Shown: positions 9,887 through 19,112, numbered from the stretch's first letter. The stretch: 64,000 nt of DNA from Salinivirgaceae bacterium (GCA_024405635.1 JAKSOL010000009.1:15022-79021); one strand, 5' to 3'. Notes: generated by a model not told the origin, from the letters alone. Numbers and translations: made by a program.

Positions 9887-9909
9887 TAAATATTATCTAA
9901 CTAATTGAA

Positions 9910-11385
9910 TTAGATTGCGAAAGGATTTTCACCTGGATAAAGTTGTCCAGCAGCCAAAGGAGTGTTGATATCCTCAACACCAAGCAAGTGAAGAGCCTCA
10001 AACAAAATTTTGCCAACATTCTTGAATGCGTATGCACCATGGTGTGGGAAGCGTTTTCCAACAAGCACGTGACGATAGAAGCGAGCGAATCCTGGGATTG
10101 CAGCAACGCCAATACCACCGAATGAGCATGGATCAATGTCAAGGAAGTGACCCTCAGCAATGTAGCTTACTAGTTTGCTATCTGAATTTGATTGCAAACG
10201 GAACATTGTGGTTGCACTTGGTTTAATTTGACCCTCAAGAGTACCTTTTGTAATATCTGGGCTCATCAAACGAGCTTGGATAAGTTGGTATTTAATTTTG
10301 CAATCTTTCATGCACTCAGCGCAGGTGTTACCGCAGTGGAAGCCCATGTAAAGGTCTTGTTTGCTAGCACCTTTAAGATCTGCCCCTGAAGGGATAACAT
10401 CGTCTGGAACAGAGTTGTTAATGTCAAGAAGAGTTGCAGGCATTTCAGAAGCGCACTCTGCCATGTATTCAGAAACTGCACCATAAAGGTCAACCTCGCA
10501 AGCTACTGGAATACCACGACCAGTAAGGCGTGAGTTTACATAGCAAGGCTCAAAGTGGAATACAGGTTGCCAAGCTGGCCAGCATTTGTTAGCAAATACT
10601 GCATAGTTTGAAGCACCGCGGTTGTTCTCGTACCAGTCAAGAAGAGCAAGTTCGAGTTGAGCCATTTTGTTGATGATTTCAGGATATGTGTTACGGTTGC
10701 CAAGTTCTTTCTCCATATCAGCAGCAATAGCTTTGATTTTTGAAGATTTTCTTGCCATTTTGTCGAACTGAACTTTCAAGTCAAGCTCTGAGTTTTCTTG
10801 AACCTCAACGCCAAGATCATAAAGAGGTTGAATTGGAGCGTTGCAAGCCAAGAAGTCGAATGGACGAGGACCGAAGCCGAACACTTTAAGGTTTTTCAAA
10901 CCGATAACAACACGAGCGATGTGACGGAAATCAGCAAGTTCTTTAACAGCCTCTGCTGGTGTTACGTTTGGATACTCTGGGATATAAACTTTCAAGCGAC
11001 GCAAACCTACGTTGTAAGAGAAGTTAAGAACACCGCAAAGAGCATCGCCACGGTCTGATGCAAGGTTTGCTTTACCTTCTTCTTTTGCAGCCAAAACCAT
11101 AGCTGGGCCTTGGAACTTTTGAACAAACATTGTTGTTGGGCCCTCTGGACCGAAGTTACCAAGGAACATGCAAACAGCATTGATGCCGTTTTTCTTTGCC
11201 CAATCAAGGGCTTTCATTGTGTCTTTTTCGTTTTCGATGGTTACTGGGCAGTCATAAACTTCAGGAAGAGCTGCCTTTTGAACCTCTGCCATTAAGGCTG
11301 CCATACGAGCTTTGGTAAGTTCAACTGGGAAGCAGTCGCGGCTAACGCCTACAATACCAAGCTTTACTACTGGTTGATTGATCAT
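9910..11385 (-). CDS. L-fucose/L-arabinose isomerase family protein
   Basis: 491 aa. The N-terminal KLGIVGVSRDCFP...FLGNFGPEG and central PACEVDLYGA-like VACEVDLYGAVSEY segments recall the FucI/AraA-like isomerase fold. Substrate unknown. Confidence 0.6.
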   Translation of the reverse strand: MINQPVVKLGIVGVSRDCFPVELTKARMAALMAEVQKAALPEVYDCPVTIENEKDTMKALDWAKKNGINAVCMFLGNFGPEGPTTMFVQKFQGPAMVLAAKEEGKANLASDRGDALCGVLNFSYNVGLRRLKVYIPEYPNVTPAEAVKELADFRHIARVVIGLKNLKVFGFGPRPFDFLACNAPIQPLYDLGVEVQENSELDLKVQFDKMARKSSKIKAIAADMEKELGNRNTYPEIINKMAQLELALLDWYENNRGASNYAVFANKCWPAWQPVFHFEPCYVNSRLTGRGIPVACEVDLYGAVSEYMAECASEMPATLLDINNSVPDDVIPSGADLKGASKQDLYMGFHCGNTCAECMKDCKIKYQLIQARLMSPDITKGTLEGQIKPSATTMFRLQSNSDSKLVSYIAEGHFLDIDPCSFGGIGVAAIPGFARFYRHVLVGKRFPHHGAYAFKNVGKILFEALHLLGVEDINTPLAAGQLYPGENPFAI

Positions 11386-11752
11386 AATTCTTAATTTTTT
11401 GGTGTTTATTATCTTTTTATCGTTTTTGTCTGCGGCAGAAAAAGGTCTGTCGCTTGGACAGACGAAGAAACAAAGTTTTTTTGATTAAATAACATTTCTC
11501 AAATAAAACTTTTTGAAAAAAATATGACTAGTGCGAAATATCAGTATCAAAACACCATTTCGCAATCATTTTGCAGCCATATTATGCTCTTTTAGCGCTG
11601 TTAATCGGTTTTTTGATAACAATGTTGGCTAAATCGGATTTGAAAAAACATAGCTTTCGTCACACCCATTTTGTTTCGCATCTGAACGCCTACTTTAATT
11701 ACCTCAAACTTGTTATTTTTGTTACGATTATAAACTTTTAAAACTACTTGAT

Positions 11753-12187
11753 ATGAAGCGATTATTTGTTTTTGGTCTTTCTGCCCTTTTACTTTCTGCT
11801 TGTGGAAACAACTCATCTGCAAGTAAATCTGAAAATAGCATCAGCAACATGAAACTTGCAATTGTTGAACTAAACGGAACCGAACTGGTCAACAATGTGA
11901 ACGACTCGCAACCTCAAATATTATTTATTGCCGACAGCAAAACTGTTTCGGCATCAGTAGGCTGTAACACAATAAACGCAACATACAGCGAAAATGGCAA
12001 CGGCAAACTATCTATCGAAATGGCCTTGTCTACAAAAATGGCTTGTCCCGACGAACTGCGCGAAGATGAATTTGTTGACGCTTTTAACAAAATTGCCACT
12101 TACTCATTTGATGGCGATTTTGTTGTTTTCATTGATTCGGAAAACAACGTATTATTTAAATGCTCAAAAATTGAAAATTGCAAATAA
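11753..12187 (+). CDS. META domain (HslJ-like) lipoprotein
   Basis: Lipobox LLLSACGNN. GCNTINATY...MACPDELREDEFVDAFNKIATYSFDGDFVVF fits the META domain pattern. Confidence 0.75.
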   Translation: MKRLFVFGLSALLLSACGNNSSASKSENSISNMKLAIVELNGTELVNNVNDSQPQILFIADSKTVSASVGCNTINATYSENGNGKLSIEMALSTKMACPDELREDEFVDAFNKIATYSFDGDFVVFIDSENNVLFKCSKIENCK

Positions 12188-12240
12188 ACTCAGCATACTT
12201 TGCCACTATTAAACAACACTACAATATAAAAATGTAAAAT

Positions 12241-14610
12241 ATGAAAAGACTTTTACTACTAATTGCCACAATGTCAGCATTTGCTGCATGGGCTCAAAGT
12301 CCAGTTAAGCCTGTAAAAGCATTAACCGACAACAACCCTATTAACCCATTTAACTACTGCGCCGACCCTACTGCGGTTGAATATAACGGACGCTTGTATG
12401 TTTATGGAACCAACGACCACCAACAATTTGACTACACAAAGGGCAAAAAAGATAATGACTATGGTCAAATACGCTCAATTGTGGTAATGTCAACCGAAGA
12501 TATGGTAAACTGGACATGGCACGGCGCCATTGACATGGCCGCAGTGTGCAAAGGATGGATAGCATGCTCATGGGCACCATCAATCACTAGCCGAGTTGAA
12601 GCCGACGGCCTTACACACTTTTACCTATACTTTGCAAATAGCGGTGGCGGTGTAGGCGTTGTAACAGCAACATCGCCACTTGGTCCTTGGAGCGACCCAT
12701 TGGGACATCCACTAATTACTTATCAAACACCCGGACTTGGCGACTGCTGTTGGCCATTTGACCCAGGAGTGGTTATTGACGAGAGCGGAACAGGTTGGCT
12801 CGCCTTTGGTGGTGGCGACCCAAAAGCATCAGATGCTACAGCACTAATGCCACGCAACACTCGCCTTGTGAAATTGGGCGACGACATGATTTCGTTTGCG
12901 AGCGACATTATTGAGCTTCCAACACCTTATCATTTTGAAGCTAGCGAGTTGAATATAATTGGCGGAAAATTTGTGTACTCATACTGCACCAGTTGGGCTG
13001 ACCGTGTTGATGCAGATTGGGCAACATACTCAACCACCGTTGCTAAACCAACAACTTGCAGCATGTGCTACATGACATCAACCGACCCACTCAATCCCAA
13101 CAGTTGGATTTACGAAGGTCAATTCTTCTCAAATCCAGGCGATTACGACGGCTTTTCGTGGGGAAACAATCATACTCACTTCCAAAAATTTAAAGGCAAA
13201 TACTACCTTATTTATCACAACAAAGCTTTAGGTAAAGCTACAGGTTACAATAATGGATACCGCTCGTTAGCTATAAACGAAATGGAGGTTGACGAAGTAA
13301 ATGTTAAAATTCCTTTGATGAAATCAGCTCCAGCAGCTGGCCCTGCCCAAATTGTTGAGTCGCGCCCAAATATTGAGCAACTACAACAAGCTGCAACCAT
13401 TTGGAACGCATCGGGCGTGAACATGAAATTTAACGACACCAAAGAAAAACAAGTGGTAAGCTCCATTAAAATGGGAGGCTGGACTGCAGTTAAACAAGTT
13501 GTTGCCAACAACGATGTAAAATCGTTCAGTGCTAAACTTAAAGGCACCGGTGTGCTTGAAGTTCGCGTTGACGGTTTGGACGCAGAAGCAATTGCAAAAA
13601 TTGAATTCTCAAGCACTGAATTTGCAAATTATAGCGTTAATCTTACCAAATCGCTTAATGGCGTTCACAACATTTTCTTTGTTTTCACCCGTTCCGATAA
13701 CGAAAAAGTTGAGTTTGAAGAGTGGCAGTTTAACAGCATCGCGATTGCTGAAAACACTGCATCAACATACGATTTTGAAAACACTGCGCTAGGCTCATAC
13801 ACAGCTTTTGGTGCAACTGACAAGGCTGCCATTGTTGCAAATCCAATTGTTTGCGACGTAAATCAATCAGCACAAGTTCTTCAAGTGTCGCCTACCGCTA
13901 TTGGCGCTTCACTATTAACACTTGGTGTTCCTGCAAATTACGAAATTGCATCAATCAAGTTCGACTTTGTAAATTTGGGTATCACTAATGATAACACACC
14001 TATCCAAGCAAAAATTACCGATGCCGAAGGCAATGATTTGAGCCAAAGCACATTACTATCGGGCACCGACTGGGTTTCGGCATCAATCGACCTAAAAAAT
14101 GCTGGTTCTTACAACTCAATCAACATTGCGTTTAACGGCATTGGCGATTCGTTCTGCATCGACAACATTGTTCTTGTGGGCAAAAAAGGCGATATGCCCG
14201 ACGAACCAACCTACTGCATTACCGTTGTTGCAAACGACACTGCACTTGGTTCAGTTAGTTATGAGATTGAAGGCTACGCCGACCTTACAGCATTGCATGT
14301 TGGCGATTACTTTACCGTTACCGCCACACCAAAAGACAACTGCAAGTTTGTTAAATGGAGCGACGGCTTGACCAAAAACCCTCGCCGTTATACCGTTGGC
14401 GTTTCTGATGCAAAACTTACAGCCTATTTTGATAAGCTATTCCCCGATGCAATTAATACCAACCTTGCAACTGACGAGGTTATAAGCATTGAACGTTTTG
14501 ACATAACTGGCCGTCGTTTGTTGGAACCTGAAAATGGAATCAACATTATTCGCAAAACTTACAAAAGTGGCCGCGTTGCTAGCGAAAAAGTATTTGTAAA
14601 CATTAAATAG
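12241..14610 (+). CDS. secreted glycoside hydrolase family 43 with CBM6-like modules, an InlB B-repeat-like domain and a T9SS type A C-terminal sorting domain
   Basis: Signal peptide, then a GH43 N-terminus (NPFNYCADPTAVEYNGRLYVYGTND...WAPS). CBM6-like block (GGWTAVKQV...GVLEVRVDG...GVHNIFFVF..EEWQF). B-repeat (CITVVANDTALGSVS...FTVTATPKDNCKFVKWSDG...LTAYF). CTD (FDITGRRLLEPENGINIIRKTYKSGRVASEKVFV). Confidence 0.8.
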   Translation: MKRLLLLIATMSAFAAWAQSPVKPVKALTDNNPINPFNYCADPTAVEYNGRLYVYGTNDHQQFDYTKGKKDNDYGQIRSIVVMSTEDMVNWTWHGAIDMAAVCKGWIACSWAPSITSRVEADGLTHFYLYFANSGGGVGVVTATSPLGPWSDPLGHPLITYQTPGLGDCCWPFDPGVVIDESGTGWLAFGGGDPKASDATALMPRNTRLVKLGDDMISFASDIIELPTPYHFEASELNIIGGKFVYSYCTSWADRVDADWATYSTTVAKPTTCSMCYMTSTDPLNPNSWIYEGQFFSNPGDYDGFSWGNNHTHFQKFKGKYYLIYHNKALGKATGYNNGYRSLAINEMEVDEVNVKIPLMKSAPAAGPAQIVESRPNIEQLQQAATIWNASGVNMKFNDTKEKQVVSSIKMGGWTAVKQVVANNDVKSFSAKLKGTGVLEVRVDGLDAEAIAKIEFSSTEFANYSVNLTKSLNGVHNIFFVFTRSDNEKVEFEEWQFNSIAIAENTASTYDFENTALGSYTAFGATDKAAIVANPIVCDVNQSAQVLQVSPTAIGASLLTLGVPANYEIASIKFDFVNLGITNDNTPIQAKITDAEGNDLSQSTLLSGTDWVSASIDLKNAGSYNSINIAFNGIGDSFCIDNIVLVGKKGDMPDEPTYCITVVANDTALGSVSYEIEGYADLTALHVGDYFTVTATPKDNCKFVKWSDGLTKNPRRYTVGVSDAKLTAYFDKLFPDAINTNLATDEVISIERFDITGRRLLEPENGINIIRKTYKSGRVASEKVFVNIK

Positions 14611-14643
14611 GTAACGGAGCTACTACTCCATCCTTTACACTCA

Positions 14644-14686
14644 AAAGGCTGATACATTGTTTAATGTATCAGCCTTTCTTTTGTTT
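14644..14686 (+). terminator. GH43 gene terminator
   Basis: 12-bp stem GGCTGATACATT / AATGTATCAGCC followed by TTTCTTTTGTTT. Confidence 0.8.
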
Positions 14687-14774
14687 GCATTTAAACATTA
14701 TAGCACAACGGTCAACACACCAACGTTCAGATAAAACAATTAGTTTTGGGCACAAAAGAGCACACTAACCTTTT

Positions 14775-15602
14775 ATGAAACTACAAAACATTTTACACAA
14801 CATGCTACGCCTACAATTATTATGGGGCGCTGCAATTGTTTTCGGCCTTATTTATGGGCTACAGCGATATATTTTGTTCGATATTGAACAAACTAGGCTA
14901 TTTGTATACGAATCAACAGTAATCGCAAACATTATTTCCTGCGCAGGTGGATTGTCAGACCTTGTTGCGTTGTGGCTACAGCAGTTCTTCCGCTTCAACT
15001 TTGCGGCACCAGCAATACTCACTATTATATCGATAGTAATTACCATTAACCTTCAGTGCGTTTTCAAAAGTGTAGCAAATAGGGCTCTCACCGTTTTTGA
15101 AGTACTTTGCAGTTGGATACCATCGATGCTTTTAGTTGCATACAATTGTTTTATTTATTCAATCACAGGGCACATTGCCTTGCTTTTTGCCACTGTTGGA
15201 CTACTTGTTTACGCTAAGCACATAGTTAAATGTAAAAGCACAATTGCTTCAAGCATACTCACACTACTATTAATTTTAACTGTAGGCTTTGTTGCATCAA
15301 CTTGTGTGTGGCCAATGGTAGTTACCATGCTGATAATTAGTTATCACAAAAGCAACCGAACAAATATGATTGTGATTGCAATTTCGGCAATAATTATGGT
15401 TACTATGGCCCAGCTAACATGCGTTGCCCTCAATAGTAGCGAGTTATTTTCGCCCAATATTTTCACAATTCGCACAAGCAAACCATCGCCCATGATTTGG
15501 ATTTGGATATCGTTAGTTTTGTTTGTTGCATTAGCAATTATAAAGCAATACCAAGCCGATGCCGCAAAATATATCGGCACAATAGGGTTGCCATTTCAAT
15601 AA
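14775..15602 (+). CDS. polytopic membrane protein (about 7 TM), possibly the N-terminal half of a DUF6057-like protein
   Basis: 275 aa, strongly hydrophobic throughout. It ends at TAA 15600-15602, while an overlapping ORF in another frame continues. Confidence 0.6.
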   Translation: MKLQNILHNMLRLQLLWGAAIVFGLIYGLQRYILFDIEQTRLFVYESTVIANIISCAGGLSDLVALWLQQFFRFNFAAPAILTIISIVITINLQCVFKSVANRALTVFEVLCSWIPSMLLVAYNCFIYSITGHIALLFATVGLLVYAKHIVKCKSTIASSILTLLLILTVGFVASTCVWPMVVTMLIISYHKSNRTNMIVIAISAIIMVTMAQLTCVALNSSELFSPNIFTIRTSKPSPMIWIWISLVLFVALAIIKQYQADAAKYIGTIGLPFQ

Positions 15603-16267
15603 TTACACCCGTTGCCATCAACGATCAATCGGCAATTGACCTGCTTTGGTTGCAACGACAAATGGACACCGGCAACTATAACGCTGCATACGAATTTACA
15701 TACAAGCACATCAACAATGCCTACATGTCTAACATATACAGCAAATTGATGAGCATGACAGGACAAATGCAAGTTACTGTAGGAAAGACAATTGTAAACG
15801 AGGTTCAATTAATTCTGCCCGAACAAAGTGAAGCATATATCCGCCGAATGCTTATGACAAACTATTACTACTTAGGTTATGTTAATGGCGCACAACGAAT
15901 GGCTTTTGAACTAAACGAACAAACCATTGGAATGATGCGTCCCGATGCACTTATTGTACTTGCTCGCACAAATATTATTCAGGGAAATTACGCAGTGGCA
16001 CAGAAATACCTTAACCATTTAAAAAACAGCCTTTTTTACAAAAAAATAGCCGAACACTACAGCAAATACTTGTGGAACGAAAAAGCTATAGCCTCAGCAC
16101 CAGAATTTAGTGCTCGACGTTTGGCGCTAAACATTCCAACCATTCCCGACCGACTGATAGAACCAAAATATCTTATCAAACAAATTGCGCAAGCATCGCC
16201 ATCGCTTCCTGCAAAAATTTATTACGAAGTATATGAAGCACTAGGCGCTTACAATGTTGAAGAATAA
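15497..16267 (+). CDS. TPR-like soluble domain protein; either a separate gene (first ATG after the upstream stop is 15662) or the frameshifted C-terminal half of the preceding membrane protein
   Basis: The open frame overlaps the upstream ORF by 106 nt. Helical-repeat-like text (GNYNAAYEF, GNYAVAQKYLNHLKNSLFYKKIAEHY). The two halves sum to about 500 aa. Confidence 0.55.
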   Translation: MDLDIVSFVCCISNYKAIPSRCRKIYRHNRVAISIITPVAINDQSAIDLLWLQRQMDTGNYNAAYEFTYKHINNAYMSNIYSKLMSMTGQMQVTVGKTIVNEVQLILPEQSEAYIRRMLMTNYYYLGYVNGAQRMAFELNEQTIGMMRPDALIVLARTNIIQGNYAVAQKYLNHLKNSLFYKKIAEHYSKYLWNEKAIASAPEFSARRLALNIPTIPDRLIEPKYLIKQIAQASPSLPAKIYYEVYEALGAYNVEE

Positions 16268-16280
16268 AGTTTTTTGAAAT

Positions 16281-17753
16281 ATGAATTTGAAACTAACCAG
16301 CATAGTTGCTACTATTTGCATTGCCCTTTGTGCATGCAATAAAAAAGGAACAATAACAGAAACCGACAACGGCAACTACACAATTTTTCCCGATTACAAA
16401 AATGTAACCATTCCTTGCAACATTGCCCCACTCAATTTTTCGCTTATTGATGCTCCTGACGCTGAATATGCATTATTTATTGAAGGAAACGAGCAATCGA
16501 TATGGGTGAATGCCAAAGGAAAAGATTTTTTCATTGCGTCAAACAAATGGGAAAAACTGCTGAAAAGCGAATCCGAACACACGCTAACTTTTACAATTGC
16601 CCACAAGCAAGACAACAAATGGATTGGAAGTGCACCTTTTGTTGTTAACGTTGTTCCCGACCAAATTGACGATTACATAACATATCGTTTAATTCCTCCA
16701 GGCTACGAAAACTGGACCAACATGGGAATATACCAGTACCAACTTTCGACATCGAAACAAACCACAATTTTTGACAACTCGCACACTGGGCTTAACTGCG
16801 TTAATTGCCACACAGTTGGCAGTCAATCGCCACAGCGCACTCTGTTGCACATGCGCGCACAAAATGGTGGCACATACATTAATCGCAACGGACAAATTGA
16901 ACGCATTGATGCTAAAACCGACTCAACAATATCGGCCTTTGTTTACCCGGCTTGGCATCCAAATGGACAATTTATTGCTTTTTCAAACAACATTACAGCT
17001 CAAACTTTCCACACATCGCACCCAAACCGAGTTGAAGTATTTGATGATGGATCGGATATAATAATGTACGATGCCGACTTTCACGAAATCTTTACATCTC
17101 CGCTACTCAAACAAGCTAACGTTTACGAAACCTTTCCAGCCTTTTCGCCCGATGGCAAGTGGCTATATTTTTGTAGCGCACCAGCAGTTGAGCAAGTTGA
17201 GCTAAACTTTGCCAATGTACACTACTCGCTTTGCCGCATTGCTTTTGATGCCGATAGCCGAAGTTTTGGAACCACAGTTGACACAATATATAATGCCCGC
17301 ATAATGGGCGGCAGCGTTTCGTTTCCTCGCATTTCGCCCGACGGACGAATGCTTGTCTTCACCTTGAGCCAATTTGGCAACTTTAGCATTTGGCACCGCG
17401 ATGCCGATTTATATGCCATCGACTTTACAAAACGCACATTACATCGAATTGACGAAATAAACTCACCCGACGTTGAAAGTTATCACTCATGGAGCAGCAA
17501 CAGCCGTTGGTTAGTGTTCAGTTCGCGCCGCGACGATGGCCTATACACTCGACTCTATTTTGCATATTTCGATGCTAATGGTCGAGCTCATAAACCATTT
17601 ATGCTACCTCAACAAAATCCAGCCAAGCATTATTTGCAACTCGATTTTAGCTACAACATTCCTGAATTTATGACAGGACCAGCCATTGTTAAAACAAAAC
17701 AACTATACAAAGCATCGCAAGCTGAAATGATTGAAGCTAAATACATTTATTAA
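16281..17753 (+). CDS. lipoprotein with a single CxxCH motif and TolB/PD40-like beta-propeller repeats
   Basis: Lipobox IALCACNKKG. CVNCH is encoded at 16797-16811. Repeated PD40-like strings: WHPNGQFIAFS, FSPDGKWLYFCS, ISPDGRMLVFT, WSSNSRWLVFSSRRDDG. Confidence 0.7.
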   Translation: MNLKLTSIVATICIALCACNKKGTITETDNGNYTIFPDYKNVTIPCNIAPLNFSLIDAPDAEYALFIEGNEQSIWVNAKGKDFFIASNKWEKLLKSESEHTLTFTIAHKQDNKWIGSAPFVVNVVPDQIDDYITYRLIPPGYENWTNMGIYQYQLSTSKQTTIFDNSHTGLNCVNCHTVGSQSPQRTLLHMRAQNGGTYINRNGQIERIDAKTDSTISAFVYPAWHPNGQFIAFSNNITAQTFHTSHPNRVEVFDDGSDIIMYDADFHEIFTSPLLKQANVYETFPAFSPDGKWLYFCSAPAVEQVELNFANVHYSLCRIAFDADSRSFGTTVDTIYNARIMGGSVSFPRISPDGRMLVFTLSQFGNFSIWHRDADLYAIDFTKRTLHRIDEINSPDVESYHSWSSNSRWLVFSSRRDDGLYTRLYFAYFDANGRAHKPFMLPQQNPAKHYLQLDFSYNIPEFMTGPAIVKTKQLYKASQAEMIEAKYIY

Positions 17754-17771
17754 GCCCTTCCCCCAACCAAC

Positions 17772-17813
17772 AAAAAAACGCTCGTAAACTTTTCTGTTTA
17801 CGAGCGTTTTTTT
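17772..17813. terminator. bidirectional terminator between convergent genes
   Basis: 13-bp stem AACGCTCGTAAAC / GTTTACGAGCGTT flanked by A7 and T7. Confidence 0.85.
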
Positions 17814-17832
17814 ACTTAACACACACTTTGTT

Positions 17833-19062
17833 TTAATTCTTGCAACAACAATGTTCGTGCTGCTCATGATCGTGATTATGTTCTTGTGCTTGATTATGGT
17901 TTTTGCAACAGCACGACTCCTTTTCACTTTCGTGAACATGCTCATGTTCATGTTCATGTTCATGCTCACCGGCACAGCAACAATGCTCGTGCTGATGGTT
18001 ATGATCCGCTCCTTCATGATTGTGAGGGTGGGTGTGATGGTGCCACAACGCATTAACCAGTAGAAGTGCTAAAACTATTGTACAAATTGTACAGAACAAA
18101 CTAAACGACTCGTGGCATGTATCCACCGAACTTACTGTTGGCATAAACCACTCTGCTGGCAACAAATAATCAATTCCTATTCCAAACAAAATACTTCCAC
18201 TAATGATTGACGCCAAATAGGTTATTAATGTGCGACGACCTAATATTTTGTTTATCACCAAAATAGAAGCAACATTGCATGCAGGCCCAGCCATAAGCAA
18301 CACTAACGCTGCCCCAGGTGTTAATCCTTTTAACATTAGCGCCACTGCAATTGGAATGCTACCTGTTGCACATATATACATTGGTATTGCAATACAAAGC
18401 ACAAGCAACATGCTCAAAAAAGTATTGTCTTTAAATACCTCAAAAAAACTATCAGGAACAAGCACTGTTATTAAGCCTGCCACTATCAAACCTACTACAA
18501 GCCATTTGCCTATATCTTCCATCATTTCAACAAAAGCATAACTCAAAGCTTCTTTCATTCTTCCAGCAAAACCATTAGCAGGTTTTGTTTTTCCACAGCC
18601 ACAACCACCTACTTCAACATTCAAGTCGCCATCATCTTTTCTATTACGATTAGCAACATTCACCATTTGTCCTCCAAAAACTGCAGTTATCAATGCGGCA
18701 AATGGTCTAATAATGGCAAAAGGCAACCCCATAAGCGAATAAGTAGCTATTATCGAATCAACTCCCGTTTGTGGCGTAGCAATCAAAAACGAAACAGCCG
18801 AGCCTTTTGAAGCTCCTTCTTTTCGCAACGACATTGCCGTTGGAATAACTCCGCACGAACACAATGGCAAAGGAATGCCAAACAATGCCGCGTAAATAAC
18901 CGAACTTAAACTATTGCCCGACAAATACTTACTATAAAGATTCCCGGGGATAAAAGCATGCATCAATCCTGCAAGCAAAAAACCTAAAAGAAGATACGGA
19001 GACATTTCGTTTACTATCTCCAAAATTTCAGATAAAACATTAATTAAACTTTCCATATACAT
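17833..19062 (-). CDS. SO_0444-type (DUF318/ArsP-like permease) putative Cu/Zn transporter with a His/Cys-rich C-terminal tail
   Basis: N-terminal region ...GIPLPLCSCGVIPTAMSLRKEGASKGSAVSFLIATPQTG... matches the permease family. The 69-aa tail is HHHTHPHNHEGADHNHQHEHCCCAGEHEHEHEHEHVHESEKESCCCKNHNQAQEHNHDHEQHEHCCCKN. Confidence 0.8.
   Translation of the reverse strand: MYMESLINVLSEILEIVNEMSPYLLLGFLLAGLMHAFIPGNLYSKYLSGNSLSSVIYAALFGIPLPLCSCGVIPTAMSLRKEGASKGSAVSFLIATPQTGVDSIIATYSLMGLPFAIIRPFAALITAVFGGQMVNVANRNRKDDGDLNVEVGGCGCGKTKPANGFAGRMKEALSYAFVEMMEDIGKWLVVGLIVAGLITVLVPDSFFEVFKDNTFLSMLLVLCIAIPMYICATGSIPIAVALMLKGLTPGAALVLLMAGPACNVASILVINKILGRRTLITYLASIISGSILFGIGIDYLLPAEWFMPTVSSVDTCHESFSLFCTICTIVLALLLVNALWHHHTHPHNHEGADHNHQHEHCCCAGEHEHEHEHEHVHESEKESCCCKNHNQAQEHNHDHEQHEHCCCKN
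17937..17966. repeat. five tandem CATGYT hexamers inside the coding sequence (encode the EH dipeptide repeat)
   Basis: catgct catgtt catgtt catgtt catgct read directly. In frame, and part of the metal-binding tail. Confidence 0.9.
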
Positions 19063-19112
19063 ATTATTTTAAGTGTGTCAATCAAAAACCGACGCAAAGA
19101 AACACTCCAATT

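Noticed and set aside
17703-18063. 116-aa minus-strand ORF and 70-aa plus-strand ORF rich in M/F/V/L/N over the end of the metal permease gene, plus a tandem repeat that could look like a mini array.
   Set aside because: They are frame artefacts of the CATGYT/His-codon repeats that encode the His/Glu tail. The repeat is 6 nt with no spacers, so it is not CRISPR-like.
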